64,000 bases of DNA from NCBI GenBank assembly GCA_039799905.1, contig JBDLRP010000013.1:1-64000 (forward strand). Direction: 5' to 3'. Positions 1-10,247 of the stretch are shown here, one piece after another (the first letter of the stretch is position 1; each line of letters opens with the position of its first letter). Position numbers and translations under genes: made by a program. The stretch comes from Pseudomonadota bacterium (lineage in GTDB: Bacteria > Bdellovibrionota_B > Oligoflexia > Silvanigrellales > Silvanigrellaceae). The notes under the pieces were generated by a model. The model had not been told where the DNA came from. It was given only the letters and a program-made list of their open reading frames with translations, and ran no database searches.

Positions 1-116
1 ACGCATCCTCCTTATGAAATCCGTATCAATCACTTGAATGAATTTCTCACCAAGCTGGGTGGATTCCCTGCTGCAACGGCGGCAGGCTCCAGCCTTTTCG
101 GCGAGATGCAACGGGA

Positions 117-1574
117 ATGGAGCAAAAAATGAATCCATTGCAGCTCAGAAATTTTCTTTTTTCAATTGCTGCTGCGCTTATAGTTCTGGAGTCCTCTCCG
201 GCATCCGCCGGTCCGTACAATTTTTCTGATGTTCTGGTCGGCGATCGGGCGATGGGAATGGGCGGTGCATTCGCAGGCGTCGCCGACGATGCATCGGCGC
301 TCTATTATAACCCGGCAGGACTCGGATACGCGACTTCTCCGAGCCTGTCCGCCGCTGTGAATGCGTTTCAATACACGCGCAGGGAGTATGAAAAACTCTT
401 CGCCGGTAAAGACTCTTTTGTCGAAGAAAGTCAGGACCTCATTCCTTCCTTCACTGGTGGCGTCATCGATCTTAACCGCCTCTCCGAAGGGCTGCGTGGT
501 GCATTCAATCTGCAAAACCAAACTCAGCAATCCGGTAACCAAAACGACTTTATCCGCAGACCAGATTTAAATGTCGAGTTTCTGCACCGTGCACAAAAAA
601 ACCAACTGAGTGAGCTTGTCTACTGTGCTGGAGCCGGAAAGCGGATTTCACCAACGACAGCTGTAGGTGTCAGCTTTGGCGGAAGGCAACTGAGCTTTGA
701 TCAGATTCAGTATCAGGACGTCATCGAGAAGACCACGCTCGTCAACGTCAAGTTGAGCGATGCCGTTGCCGCAAACAAAACGCTGTTTTCGTCCCGATCT
801 TTGAAAGAAAGGGGATCGGCAAATGCGCTTGCCATCGAGGCCGGGGCCGGCGTGATGTGGTCACCTAATTCGTGGCTGAGTGTCGGACTCTCTGGCCACA
901 CGGAGTATCTCGTCAAACAGGAAAAATTCCTTGAAAAGGACGATCTTCTAGTGTTTCATTATAACGACCTGTCGCTGCCTGCGGCCGGTGACTTTGAGGC
1001 ACTGCCGGATGCACCGGCTGAAAATGTGCAGAAATCGATTGACACCTTTACCAACAAGACACTCTCGAGAACCACAAGCAACAGGCAATCCGGCGCGATA
1101 AATTTCGTAAACAAGCCAGCCAACAGCAAAATTTCCGGAGAAACAGGTTTTGGCCGCAGCCGTTTTCGCGCGGGTATTGCCGCATTTCCTTCACCTCAGT
1201 TGCTCTTCTCGTTGGATATAGCCGGCTACCACAGCCGTATCGAGTGGATTGGTGATTCTCAATCGACGACCCAGTACGTGCTGAATGTTCATCAAGGAAC
1301 AGAGTATTTTTTCTCGCCGCGGTATTTTGTCAGACAGGGACTCTTCACCAACTTTGACGCGCGCCCCGACCAGCTCAGCCTGAGCACCTATATCGAGCGG
1401 ACTGATTTTGTCGGAGCAAGCGTGTTCTTTGGCCTGCAGACTTTTGAGTCGCAATTCTCGCTGGGTGCCATTTATCAGCACGGTGTAGGTGACGCATTTA
1501 AAATTAGGGCAATAGCGACGCCCGTTCAGGAAAACAAGCTATTGTTGGCCTTCACCGCCGCGCACGGGCTTTAG
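117..1574 (+). CDS. Outer-membrane beta-barrel transport protein, FadL/TodX/OmpP1 family
   Basis: Signal peptide followed by the family N-terminal hatch motif 'GDRAMGMGGAFAGVADDASALYYNPAGL'; amphipathic beta-strand pattern. Confidence 0.8.
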   Translation: MEQKMNPLQLRNFLFSIAAALIVLESSPASAGPYNFSDVLVGDRAMGMGGAFAGVADDASALYYNPAGLGYATSPSLSAAVNAFQYTRREYEKLFAGKDSFVEESQDLIPSFTGGVIDLNRLSEGLRGAFNLQNQTQQSGNQNDFIRRPDLNVEFLHRAQKNQLSELVYCAGAGKRISPTTAVGVSFGGRQLSFDQIQYQDVIEKTTLVNVKLSDAVAANKTLFSSRSLKERGSANALAIEAGAGVMWSPNSWLSVGLSGHTEYLVKQEKFLEKDDLLVFHYNDLSLPAAGDFEALPDAPAENVQKSIDTFTNKTLSRTTSNRQSGAINFVNKPANSKISGETGFGRSRFRAGIAAFPSPQLLFSLDIAGYHSRIEWIGDSQSTTQYVLNVHQGTEYFFSPRYFVRQGLFTNFDARPDQLSLSTYIERTDFVGASVFFGLQTFESQFSLGAIYQHGVGDAFKIRAIATPVQENKLLLAFTAAHGL

Positions 1575-1586
1575 TCAAATGACGGC

Positions 1587-1922
1587 TCATTTAATTCCGA
1601 GAGAATCCGAGATGGCCTTGACCCATTGGGCAAGCTGCATCGAAAGGGCCTGCCAATCTTGCGCAACCTGTTCGATTTCGCCGGCCTCGTGAGCGAGCGT
1701 CTGAACGGCACTTGCCTCGCCCACGTTGGGCCAATGCCCAGCAGCAAGCTCGTTGCGAATGGCAGCCATATGCAACAGCAACTCCGTCTTTCGTTCGGCG
1801 TCGATATTCGACTTGTCCACCGCTTCAATTAACTTCTCGAGCGAGGCAACCCAGCCGAGAATCTGCTTCTCTTCACCTTCGAGGCTCTCGAGCTTCCGGC
1901 TCGAAGTGTCTTGGTTGGACAT
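1587..1922 (-). CDS. Hypothetical helical protein (111 aa)
   Basis: AGGAG Shine-Dalgarno upstream; protein-like amphipathic helical composition; fills the gap between two + strand genes. Confidence 0.7.
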   Translation of the reverse strand: MSNQDTSSRKLESLEGEEKQILGWVASLEKLIEAVDKSNIDAERKTELLLHMAAIRNELAAGHWPNVGEASAVQTLAHEAGEIEQVAQDWQALSMQLAQWVKAISDSLGIK

Positions 1923-2075
1923 CTGGTCGGTCTCCTAAGAATGCGGTGCCTCGGGGAACGGTTACCCTGAGGCGCTTGGGTCCAAGCTTATTTCTCGCTC
2001 AAAATCTCAGCGCCCGGAAGTCAGAAAGCTGCCCTGTGTGTCAGAAAGGTGGACTCTTTTTAAAAAATAACAAAA

Positions 2076-3734
2076 ATGCATGTCATGAAGACAGCAATAC
2101 GCGCCACAAAGCGACATTATTCTTTTATTTTTATCGCATTCCTGCAGTTCGCCGGCACAGCCCACGGCGACAGCGAGGTCTGCGTGAGTTACCGGGGCAA
2201 CGGCCCAAAATTTCCCAGTTTGCTCGGACAAGCGGCAGCACTCCTGCAACAGGGCTACAAACCACGCGTGTCGGTGGGCGGATCCTCAGGCGCCAATGTT
2301 GCCGCGCTGGTTCAATCCCTCGTTGAAAACAACAGTCTCGCTGGCAGCCAACACGCCGCGGCGCATTCTGCATTCGTCCTGCGTGCGTCGCGCCAGCTCC
2401 TTGATTCCTTCGTTTTTCTTCCGAGCTTCGACCGACCCGCAGGATTCATCCGTGCTCTGCTCACCTATCTGCGCGAACAGCTCGAACAGGATAGGGTGGC
2501 GGGCCGACCGGAACTTTCGATTGCACACTCCGATCATACACTCGCTCAGACTCTGCTGTTCATCGACTTCTATCAAAATCAGGATTTTTCCGATGCGCTC
2601 ACTGCTAGCAGCGAATCCACCGCGGCCGCGCAGCTTCTGGAGATTTTTGCATCCGCAACACACGCCCTTAGGGTCAGTCCCGAAGAATTCATGCACGCTT
2701 TGCTGCCCTCAGACGACTCTCACCACATGCAAGCCCAGGGCAAAAAAATCCGCGCCTATTTGAGCGGATATCTTTCGCTGGGAAATTCGCAAAATAGATT
2801 GTCGGCCGACGATGCAACGCCAGCCAAAGAATTCGTACCGTGGATGAAAAGACTCACTCCGCAACAGCGCGCGTGGGTGAGAAAGACGGTGTGGAATGTT
2901 CTGCGCAATTCTGCATTTTTTCCCGGCCCCGAGATGTCGCAAGAGAAAACACTCCTGTTGCCGTCGCCCATCGCGCTGCAAAAAGCACTCTCGCTGCACT
3001 CGTCTTTTTCATCAAACACAATTGAGATTCCCAACGGTTTTGTCGCGCATACGACAGCATTCCCACGCGGCTCGCTGCGGGTTGAAAATCTCCGCCAATT
3101 CTATTTTTCCGGAGGCCTTGCACGGACAGAATTGCGCGGTCAATGGGAGGCAGAGGGCGGACGGCTTCCGCTACTCTCAGTGCGCGAGAATGACGAACTG
3201 CGCCATGTTCTTGCCCCCGATAAAATCTGGATTGCCTCCGGTCACCACACAATATCGGAGGTATTGCGTTCAACCACCGCGGAACCGCTGCTGTTTGAGC
3301 GGCGAGATATCAGTCTGACCGAAGCAGACCTCAAAGAGCTCAACTCCGATGCCGACACACGCTGGGTAGCCAATGGCGGATGGCTCGACACGGCAAGCTA
3401 TCCGTTGCTGCAAACACTCAATGCCTGCAAAAATTTGCCAATTGTCCTCATTACGCCGCGGGACGGAATAAACTCATTTCAAATGCAGGCGCTGCGAGGA
3501 CTCTTGAACCTTCCCAAAGCACGCCGCGGAGAGCCGGATGCCCTGCGTGAATCAGGCTTTTACCTGAACCTCGAACGCTACCTCCGCACGCATGTACAAA
3601 ATGACAATGACCGGATCATTTTGGATTTTGACTGGGACACCGCACTCAAATCGCGACCGCGAGGGCAAACAAGTCTGCGACAATTTTTGTTCGACGCCGC
3701 CTATCAGCACGCAACTTCAACACTGGGACAATGA
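2076..3734 (+). CDS. Secreted divergent patatin-like (GxSxG) hydrolase
   Basis: Signal peptide; 'RGNG' oxyanion-loop-like segment; 'GGSSG' nucleophile elbow; 'NGGWLD' where patatins have DGG. Confidence 0.55.
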   Translation: MHVMKTAIRATKRHYSFIFIAFLQFAGTAHGDSEVCVSYRGNGPKFPSLLGQAAALLQQGYKPRVSVGGSSGANVAALVQSLVENNSLAGSQHAAAHSAFVLRASRQLLDSFVFLPSFDRPAGFIRALLTYLREQLEQDRVAGRPELSIAHSDHTLAQTLLFIDFYQNQDFSDALTASSESTAAAQLLEIFASATHALRVSPEEFMHALLPSDDSHHMQAQGKKIRAYLSGYLSLGNSQNRLSADDATPAKEFVPWMKRLTPQQRAWVRKTVWNVLRNSAFFPGPEMSQEKTLLLPSPIALQKALSLHSSFSSNTIEIPNGFVAHTTAFPRGSLRVENLRQFYFSGGLARTELRGQWEAEGGRLPLLSVRENDELRHVLAPDKIWIASGHHTISEVLRSTTAEPLLFERRDISLTEADLKELNSDADTRWVANGGWLDTASYPLLQTLNACKNLPIVLITPRDGINSFQMQALRGLLNLPKARRGEPDALRESGFYLNLERYLRTHVQNDNDRIILDFDWDTALKSRPRGQTSLRQFLFDAAYQHATSTLGQ

Positions 3735-4288
3735 CGATGAAATCTTCAAAAACACCTCTTCTTTTTGTCCTGAGTCTTTTTTTAGCCACTGCTGCCGGCT
3801 GTGTCTCTGGCGGCGGACAAAAATCCGAAGGTGAACAGAGCAAACGCCTCTATTGGAAAGTTTATCCAAAATCAGACAACACTTTTTACATTCTTCCGCG
3901 TCCGGAACTGACAACCTCACTTCCAAGCGCTTCGGCCATGAATAATCTCAAGCCCGAACAGGCCGAAGAAATGGTCAGAAAGCTCAATTCGAATCTGCAA
4001 TTCACAGTGAAGGTGAGCGACGAAGCGGGAACACGGATGGTGCGGGTGGCGCCCGAGCCGCTGATTGAAGATATTGTTGAAGTATGCAAAGGCAAAAACG
4101 TTCATCCGTTTCTGCAATCCCGTTGCAGCAAAGAACTCAATTGGGCTGCCAAAGGAATCCGACCCGACATCTATCTTCAACTCGACGACTGCCAAGCAGT
4201 TGTGTTGGCAAATGCGCTCAACAGGCTTTACGGAGCACCGGCCGGAAAGAACGACCGGTGTCCTGAGCTTGATCAGGTCGAAAAGTAA
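3731..4288 (+). CDS. Hypothetical lipoprotein
   Basis: Lipobox-like 'TAAGC' after a hydrophobic stretch; ATGA overlap with the upstream gene. Confidence 0.65.
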   Translation: MTMKSSKTPLLFVLSLFLATAAGCVSGGGQKSEGEQSKRLYWKVYPKSDNTFYILPRPELTTSLPSASAMNNLKPEQAEEMVRKLNSNLQFTVKVSDEAGTRMVRVAPEPLIEDIVEVCKGKNVHPFLQSRCSKELNWAAKGIRPDIYLQLDDCQAVVLANALNRLYGAPAGKNDRCPELDQVEK

Positions 4289-7200
4289 CGCGCCTGTGGA
4301 TGATAGACGACGAGTGCTGAAGTCGTCTGCTCCGGCACCATCTGAAAACTCTCCGACAACGTCACTCCGATACGCTCGGCTCCGAGCAGCTTGAGTAAAG
4401 GTGCGTTGAGTTCCATGTCCGGACACGCGGGGTAGCCAAACGAGTAGCGCGAACCCTGATAGCCCTGACTGAACAATGCCCGCTTATTCTTGGCATCGCG
4501 CTCATGAATGCCAAGGTCACGGCGGATGCGCGCATGCATGAGTTCGGCATAGGCTTCGGTCAATTCGGTCGACAGTCCGTGCAGGAAGAAATATTCCGAG
4601 AACTGGTTTTCCGCATATGCGGCATGCGCATTTTCACTCGCCACATGCCCCATGGTCACGAGCTGCACACCCAACACATCCGTCTGGCCGGTGGATTCAT
4701 GTGCAAGGAAATCTGCAATGCACAATTGACGCCCGTTCTCCTGTCGCGGAAAGGTGAATCTCGCAATGATCTCACGACTCCCCCGCACATTGCCCTCGGC
4801 CATGCTGCTCGGATCATAAACGACAACCTCGTTGCCCGCGCGGCTGCACGCAGGAAAATATCCGTAAAGCGCGGCAGGTTTGAGTGTCTTTTCGCGGATC
4901 ACCTTTTCACGCAGGCGTAAAAGTGTTGGATATGCGCGCTCGCGCAAAACCTTCTCGAATTCATCGTCGCTCATTTGCCCTTGTGCGAATCCCCAGCGGC
5001 TACGCAGCAAAGCAAAATCGTCGAGGTACTCGAACACGTCTGTCAATGAGTGCTCGGCTTTGCGCACACCCCAGAAGGGCGGCTGCGGAATGCCGACATC
5101 GCGTCTGACCCAGCTGCTCTGGCCGTTGGCATCGAGTGGAACCTTCTTATCGCCGCGCCTGATGACAACAATTTTGTCGGAAGACTCGGCGGATGCAGAA
5201 GCACGCTCAAGCGCTTCAGCGCGCGCAGCCAGCAATTGCCCGACTCCTCCCGAGCAAATCTTCTCCATCAGATGCAATCCTGAGAATGCATCCTCGGCAT
5301 AAAAGACAGGTCCCGAATAAACTGCCTGACATTCACGCTCGACAAAATCACGGGTGAGCGCGGCACCGCCCAAAATCACCGGAATATTGAAGCCGTGTGC
5401 GGCCATATATTCGAGATTCTCTTTCATAATCACAGTCGACTTGACCAGCAGACCCGACAGACCGATGGCATCGGCACCTTGCGACCTGTAAGTTTCCACG
5501 ATGCTCTCGATGGGCTGCTTGATGCCAAGATTAAGAACCTCGAAACCGTTGTTGGAGAGGATGATCTCAACAAGATTTTTACCGATGTCGTGCACGTCGC
5601 CCTTGACCGTCGCAAGAATGATGCGGCCTTTTTTGTAGCCTTCCTTCTTCTCGATGTAGGGCTCCAGAACCTTCACCGCAGCCTTCATGGCTTCCGCGCT
5701 TTCAAGAACGAACGGAAGCTGCATCTGGCCGGCACCGAATCTTTCTCCGACCGTCTTCATGCCGTCGAGCAGGATGTCATTGATGATCGACAGCGGCGGA
5801 TGTGTCTGCAGGGCTTCGAGAGCATGCTGGGCGATTTGATTCTTGCGGCCATCGATGATGTCGTTCTTGAGTTTTTGCTCAATCGGCGAATCATCGTCAT
5901 TGACGGACTGCTGCAATCTGGCATTGGGATCGGAAAACGCCGCAAGAATTTCTTTGAGCGGATCGGCGATTTCACTGCGCTCATTGAACAGCAGAGCTTC
6001 AAAAATCTTGCGGTGCTCGGGCGAAATACGCGCCACCGGCAGGATCTTGGACGCATTGAGAATCGCCATGGTCAGACCACGGTCGACAGCATGGTACAGC
6101 ATCAGCGAATTGAGAATCTGCCGCGGCCACGCCTTGAGACCGAAGCTGACGTTGCTGAGCCCGAGAATGGTCTTCAGTCGCGGATAGCGACTGCGCAGAA
6201 CATCGATGGCGCTAAGCGTTTCAACCGCTGAATTGCGCCACTCGGCCTCACCGCTTCCGAGGGTGAAGGTGAGCGGATCGATGATGAGGTCCTCATCCGC
6301 AAAGCCGTACTCCTCGACAACCAACTTGTAGAGCCGCTCCGCGATTTTGACTTTTTCCTCGCAGGTGCGTGCCATGCCGTTTTCATCGATTGTCAGAGCA
6401 ACGACTGCCGCACCGTACTCACGGCAAAGATCGAGAATCCGCCGCGGCTTTTCCTCGCCGTCTTCAAAGTTGATGGAATTGACGATGCATTTCCCAGGAG
6501 CGAGCTGCAGGGCTGCTTCGATGACCGGAACCTCGGTGGAGTCGATCATCAGGGGAATGTTGACCTGCGTGACAAGCCGCTTGAGAAACTCGGTCATGTC
6601 GCGCTTTTCATCACGCGAAACATAGGCGACACACACGTCGAGAATGTGCGCACCCTCTTTGGCCTGCTCTTTGGCGATTTCAACCATGGTTTCAAAATCG
6701 TCGCGCGCAAGCGCATCGCGGAAAGCTTTGGAACCGTTCGCATTGGTGCGTTCGCCGACATAAAGCGGGCGCGGTTCGAGCGAAAGTGAAACCGAATTGT
6801 AAAGTGAACTGACGGATCGTTCGTAGCGGCCAGCGCGCTGCGGAGCGTTGAGTTGACCGCGCACATCGGCAAGCGCACGGATATGCTCAGGCGTGGTACC
6901 GCAACAGCCACCGAGAATATTCAAGCCAAAATCTTTGCCGATTCCGCGCAGGCGCTCGGCAAACTGCTGCGGGCCGAGCGGATAATATGTTTCGCCGTTG
7001 CGGTTTTCAGGCAGGCCGGCATTGGGCAGGCAGCTGACCTTCATCGGAGCCGCCTCACACAGGTAGGCCAGATGCGGTCGCATTTCATCGGGGCCGGTTG
7101 CACAGTTCATGCCGATGACATCAACACCGAGCATTTCAATTGCAGCGAGGGCAGCCTGAACGTCGGAGCCCACCAGCATGGTACCGGTGGTTTCAATCGT

Positions 7201-7770
7201 CATCTGCACCCAAATGGGCACGCGCTTTTGCATCGTCTTCATCGCGTTGCGTGCCGCGCGCACGGCGATTTTGATCTGTCCGAGGTCCTGCGCCGTTTCA
7301 ATCAGGATCGCATCGGCTCCGCCGGCAATCAGACCACGCATTTGCTCGTAGTAACTGCGATACATGGTGGGATAATCCACCTGCAAAAGAGTCAGCAGCT
7401 TGGTGCCCGGCCCAACACTGCCGACAACCCACTTCTTCTCTGTGAAGCTCTCTGCAACCTGACGCGCTATTTTGACCGCCTGCACGTTCAAATCAAAAGC
7501 TCGGTGCTCCAGACCAAATTCAGCGAGAACGATCTCATTGCAGCCGAAGGTGTTGGTTTCAACGGCGTCGGCACCCGCGCGCAGATAATTTTCATGAATT
7601 TTTTGAATCCACTCTGGCCTGCGTTCGTTGAGGAGTTCAACGCAGCCATCGTATTGTGCGCCACCGTAATCTTCGATCGTCGGACCGTGCGCAAAAATCT
7701 GTGTCCCCATCGCACCGTCGAGCAAAATGACCCGATCCTGCAATGCGGTGCTCAATGACAGGTCTCTCAT
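4273..7770 (-). CDS. metH: Cobalamin-dependent methionine synthase
   Basis: 'LLDGAMGT', 'GGCCGTTPEHI', 'GERTNANGSK', B12-binding 'DVHDIGKN' and C-terminal reactivation domain 'RYSFGYPACP'. Confidence 0.97.
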   Translation of the reverse strand: MRDLSLSTALQDRVILLDGAMGTQIFAHGPTIEDYGGAQYDGCVELLNERRPEWIQKIHENYLRAGADAVETNTFGCNEIVLAEFGLEHRAFDLNVQAVKIARQVAESFTEKKWVVGSVGPGTKLLTLLQVDYPTMYRSYYEQMRGLIAGGADAILIETAQDLGQIKIAVRAARNAMKTMQKRVPIWVQMTIETTGTMLVGSDVQAALAAIEMLGVDVIGMNCATGPDEMRPHLAYLCEAAPMKVSCLPNAGLPENRNGETYYPLGPQQFAERLRGIGKDFGLNILGGCCGTTPEHIRALADVRGQLNAPQRAGRYERSVSSLYNSVSLSLEPRPLYVGERTNANGSKAFRDALARDDFETMVEIAKEQAKEGAHILDVCVAYVSRDEKRDMTEFLKRLVTQVNIPLMIDSTEVPVIEAALQLAPGKCIVNSINFEDGEEKPRRILDLCREYGAAVVALTIDENGMARTCEEKVKIAERLYKLVVEEYGFADEDLIIDPLTFTLGSGEAEWRNSAVETLSAIDVLRSRYPRLKTILGLSNVSFGLKAWPRQILNSLMLYHAVDRGLTMAILNASKILPVARISPEHRKIFEALLFNERSEIADPLKEILAAFSDPNARLQQSVNDDDSPIEQKLKNDIIDGRKNQIAQHALEALQTHPPLSIINDILLDGMKTVGERFGAGQMQLPFVLESAEAMKAAVKVLEPYIEKKEGYKKGRIILATVKGDVHDIGKNLVEIILSNNGFEVLNLGIKQPIESIVETYRSQGADAIGLSGLLVKSTVIMKENLEYMAAHGFNIPVILGGAALTRDFVERECQAVYSGPVFYAEDAFSGLHLMEKICSGGVGQLLAARAEALERASASAESSDKIVVIRRGDKKVPLDANGQSSWVRRDVGIPQPPFWGVRKAEHSLTDVFEYLDDFALLRSRWGFAQGQMSDDEFEKVLRERAYPTLLRLREKVIREKTLKPAALYGYFPACSRAGNEVVVYDPSSMAEGNVRGSREIIARFTFPRQENGRQLCIADFLAHESTGQTDVLGVQLVTMGHVASENAHAAYAENQFSEYFFLHGLSTELTEAYAELMHARIRRDLGIHERDAKNKRALFSQGYQGSRYSFGYPACPDMELNAPLLKLLGAERIGVTLSESFQMVPEQTTSALVVYHPQARYFST

Positions 7771-7773
7771 TTT

Positions 7774-8070
7774 CTAGCTTCCTATGTAATCGATTGTGAC
7801 GTCACCCAGAATGCAGAACTGGCAACCCAGCCGCTCATCAGCGGCGGCGCCGAGCGACGACAAAAAATCCCGTTCCTCGGGTGTCGGCGGCGACAGCCGG
7901 CTTGCGCCGTCAACCACACGAACGCGACAGGTTCCGCATGTTCCGCTGCGGCATCCGAAGGTGACGTCGGCGCCCGCGGCATCCACCACTTCCGCAAGTT
8001 TGGCGCCATTGGGCACCTCAACTTCGAGATCTTCCAAAATGAAACAAACTTTCGCTCTCTGGCCAGCCAT
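7774..8070 (-). CDS. 2Fe-2S ferredoxin
   Basis: 'FGCRSGTCGTC...RLGCQ' plant/adrenodoxin-type Cys motif. Confidence 0.92.
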   Translation of the reverse strand: MAGQRAKVCFILEDLEVEVPNGAKLAEVVDAAGADVTFGCRSGTCGTCRVRVVDGASRLSPPTPEERDFLSSLGAAADERLGCQFCILGDVTIDYIGS

Positions 8071-8082
8071 GTCAGCCGCTCC

Positions 8083-9972
8083 TTAAATCAATGCGAGTGC
8101 AAGTTCGACCTGTCCGAGCGGCGCCGAGATCTGCAATCCCTGCACACTCCGCTTGATCTCGGCAATCAGCTCGGCAGCGATTTGCAAACCTTCTTTGCGC
8201 TGATCTTCTGTCGTCTTGCAGGCGCGCATGCGTTCAAGCACCTGCGACGGCACGTAAACACCCGGAACCTCGTTGGCCATGAACTCTGCATTTCTCAGGC
8301 TCATCAGCGGCCAGATTCCGGCAATCACGGGGATGTTGAATTTCGACGAGAAATCGAGAAAGCGCATGAGACTTTGTGAATCAAACACAGGCTGAGTGAT
8401 CGCCCACTGCGCGCCGGCCTCTACCTTATAGCGGAATCGCTCGAACTCTTTTTGCAGATCAGGCGCAACAGGATTGGCTCCGACACCAATCGAAAATCCG
8501 GTGGCCCGTCCAATCGAAGTGCCACCCAAATCGAATCCTGAATTCAGACGCGATGCCATGTTCACAAGACCGATTGCATCGATGTCAAATACAGCAGTAG
8601 CAGTCGGATAAGGGCCGAGCTTTGGCGGATCACCGGTCACGCAGAGAATATTTTTCAGACCAAGTCCGGCGGCGCCGATCAAATCGCTCTGAATGCCGAG
8701 AATGTTGCGGTCGCGGCACGCATAATGAAGAACGGTTTCGATGCCGACTTTTTGTTCTATCAAACAAGCAGCAGCCAGTGCCGACATGCGTGCGCTGGCA
8801 CGCGGACCATCGGGAATGTTGATGGCGTCCACACCTGCACGCAGGCACTGCGCGGAGCGCTCAATCAGCTTGTCTGTATCGAGACCCTTGGGCGGCAGCA
8901 ATTCAACTGAAATGACGAACTTTCCATTGGCAAGACCGCGGCTCCACTGCGAAGCGGGCGCGACCGGTGTCGGCGAATTGCTGGGCGAGGACCGCTGATC
9001 CGAAACCGCCACGGGACGGTTGTTTTCGCCACCGCGAAACGCGGCGCCCTGCCTGACGGCGCCGGCCATCGCGCGGATGTGCTGAGGCGTGGTGCCGCTG
9101 CATCCGCCGAGAATGCGGACATCCTGCAAAAGAGCCTGTCGCGCAAACTCACCCATATACTCCGGACTAGCCATATAGATGAGTCGTCCATCCACCTGCC
9201 TTGGCAAACCCGCGTTCGGTTTGAGAATCAGCGGCTTGTGAGTGGCGGATTTCAGGCGCTTGGCCAGTTCCAGAAGAGGCGCGGGGCCATTGCCGCCGTT
9301 GACGCCGACAACATCTGCACCCCACTCATCCAACTTGCGGACAAACCACTCAGGCTCTGTACCGTAGAGTGTTTGCCCGTCGTCGTTGGTCGACATCATG
9401 GCAACCACGGGATAGTCGCCCAGCGACTTGACCGCACGAATGGCCTGATGAATTTCATTGAGGTCCGCGAATCCCTCGAGAACGAACAAATCGACGCCGC
9501 CCTCCTGCAGAGGACGTGCCTGTTCAAGAAAAAACTCGCGCGCTTCGTCAAAAGACGTGGGGCCCCATGGCTCGATGCGCACTCCCAGCGGCCCGAGGCA
9601 ACCGGCCACCCAAACGGTATCGCCGGCAATTTCGCGGGCAAGTTGTGCGCCGCGCAGGTTGATCGCGTTCAGCGAAGAATCAAGACCGTAATTGCGCAAC
9701 TTGATGCGGTTGGCGCCCCACGTGTTTGTGGTGACAACCTGCGCACCGGCCTGAATGTACTGCCGATGTATGTTCGAAATAAGGTCGGGCTGCGACAGGT
9801 TCACTTCATCAAACGAACGGCTGATGAAAACTCCCTTTTCGTAAAGCTGGGTGGCGACGCCGCCGTCAAAGAGAAATGCCTGATTGCCCTGATTGAGCAG
9901 GGACAAAAAACGTGAAATGCGCTCACGGGGAAAGGCTCGCGTGCCTTCCCCGCCAAGAGGTTGGTTTGTCAT
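8083..9972 (-). CDS. yitJ: Bifunctional homocysteine S-methyltransferase / 5,10-methylenetetrahydrofolate reductase (YitJ-like)
   Basis: N-terminal HMT domain ('FDGGVATQL', 'PNAGLP') plus C-terminal MTHFR domain ('SVELLPPKG', 'CRDRN', 'TGDPPK', 'ITQPVFD'). Start placed at ATG 9972 (GGAG upstream); the ORF extends to 10044. Confidence 0.9.
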   Translation of the reverse strand: MTNQPLGGEGTRAFPRERISRFLSLLNQGNQAFLFDGGVATQLYEKGVFISRSFDEVNLSQPDLISNIHRQYIQAGAQVVTTNTWGANRIKLRNYGLDSSLNAINLRGAQLAREIAGDTVWVAGCLGPLGVRIEPWGPTSFDEAREFFLEQARPLQEGGVDLFVLEGFADLNEIHQAIRAVKSLGDYPVVAMMSTNDDGQTLYGTEPEWFVRKLDEWGADVVGVNGGNGPAPLLELAKRLKSATHKPLILKPNAGLPRQVDGRLIYMASPEYMGEFARQALLQDVRILGGCSGTTPQHIRAMAGAVRQGAAFRGGENNRPVAVSDQRSSPSNSPTPVAPASQWSRGLANGKFVISVELLPPKGLDTDKLIERSAQCLRAGVDAINIPDGPRASARMSALAAACLIEQKVGIETVLHYACRDRNILGIQSDLIGAAGLGLKNILCVTGDPPKLGPYPTATAVFDIDAIGLVNMASRLNSGFDLGGTSIGRATGFSIGVGANPVAPDLQKEFERFRYKVEAGAQWAITQPVFDSQSLMRFLDFSSKFNIPVIAGIWPLMSLRNAEFMANEVPGVYVPSQVLERMRACKTTEDQRKEGLQIAAELIAEIKRSVQGLQISAPLGQVELALALI

Positions 9973-10247
9973 AAGGTGCTCCGGGTTCTGCTGTTTGGAA
10001 CCTACCATTGGGCCAGCCAGCTCGATCGAGCTTTCACGAAACATGCCGCTTAGGCAAGAGATGCCGAAGAATTTATAGGGTTTGCACCGGCCATAACGGG
10101 CAGCCGTGGATCGTCAGCAGACCAACGAATTATTTTTGACCTTCAGCGATGGACCCCACCGCCGTGCTTCGCAATAATGGTGAGGGTCTGCTCAGTCGAA
10201 AAATCTCACATTCCTGCACATTTATGGAGCAGGATATGGGGCGGTGA

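Noticed and set aside
9973..10080. Possible SAM-I riboswitch upstream of yitJ/metH (CTGGCCCAATG resembles part of P2)
   Set aside because: Lacks the ATC..GAG, GCAACC and GGTGC core elements.
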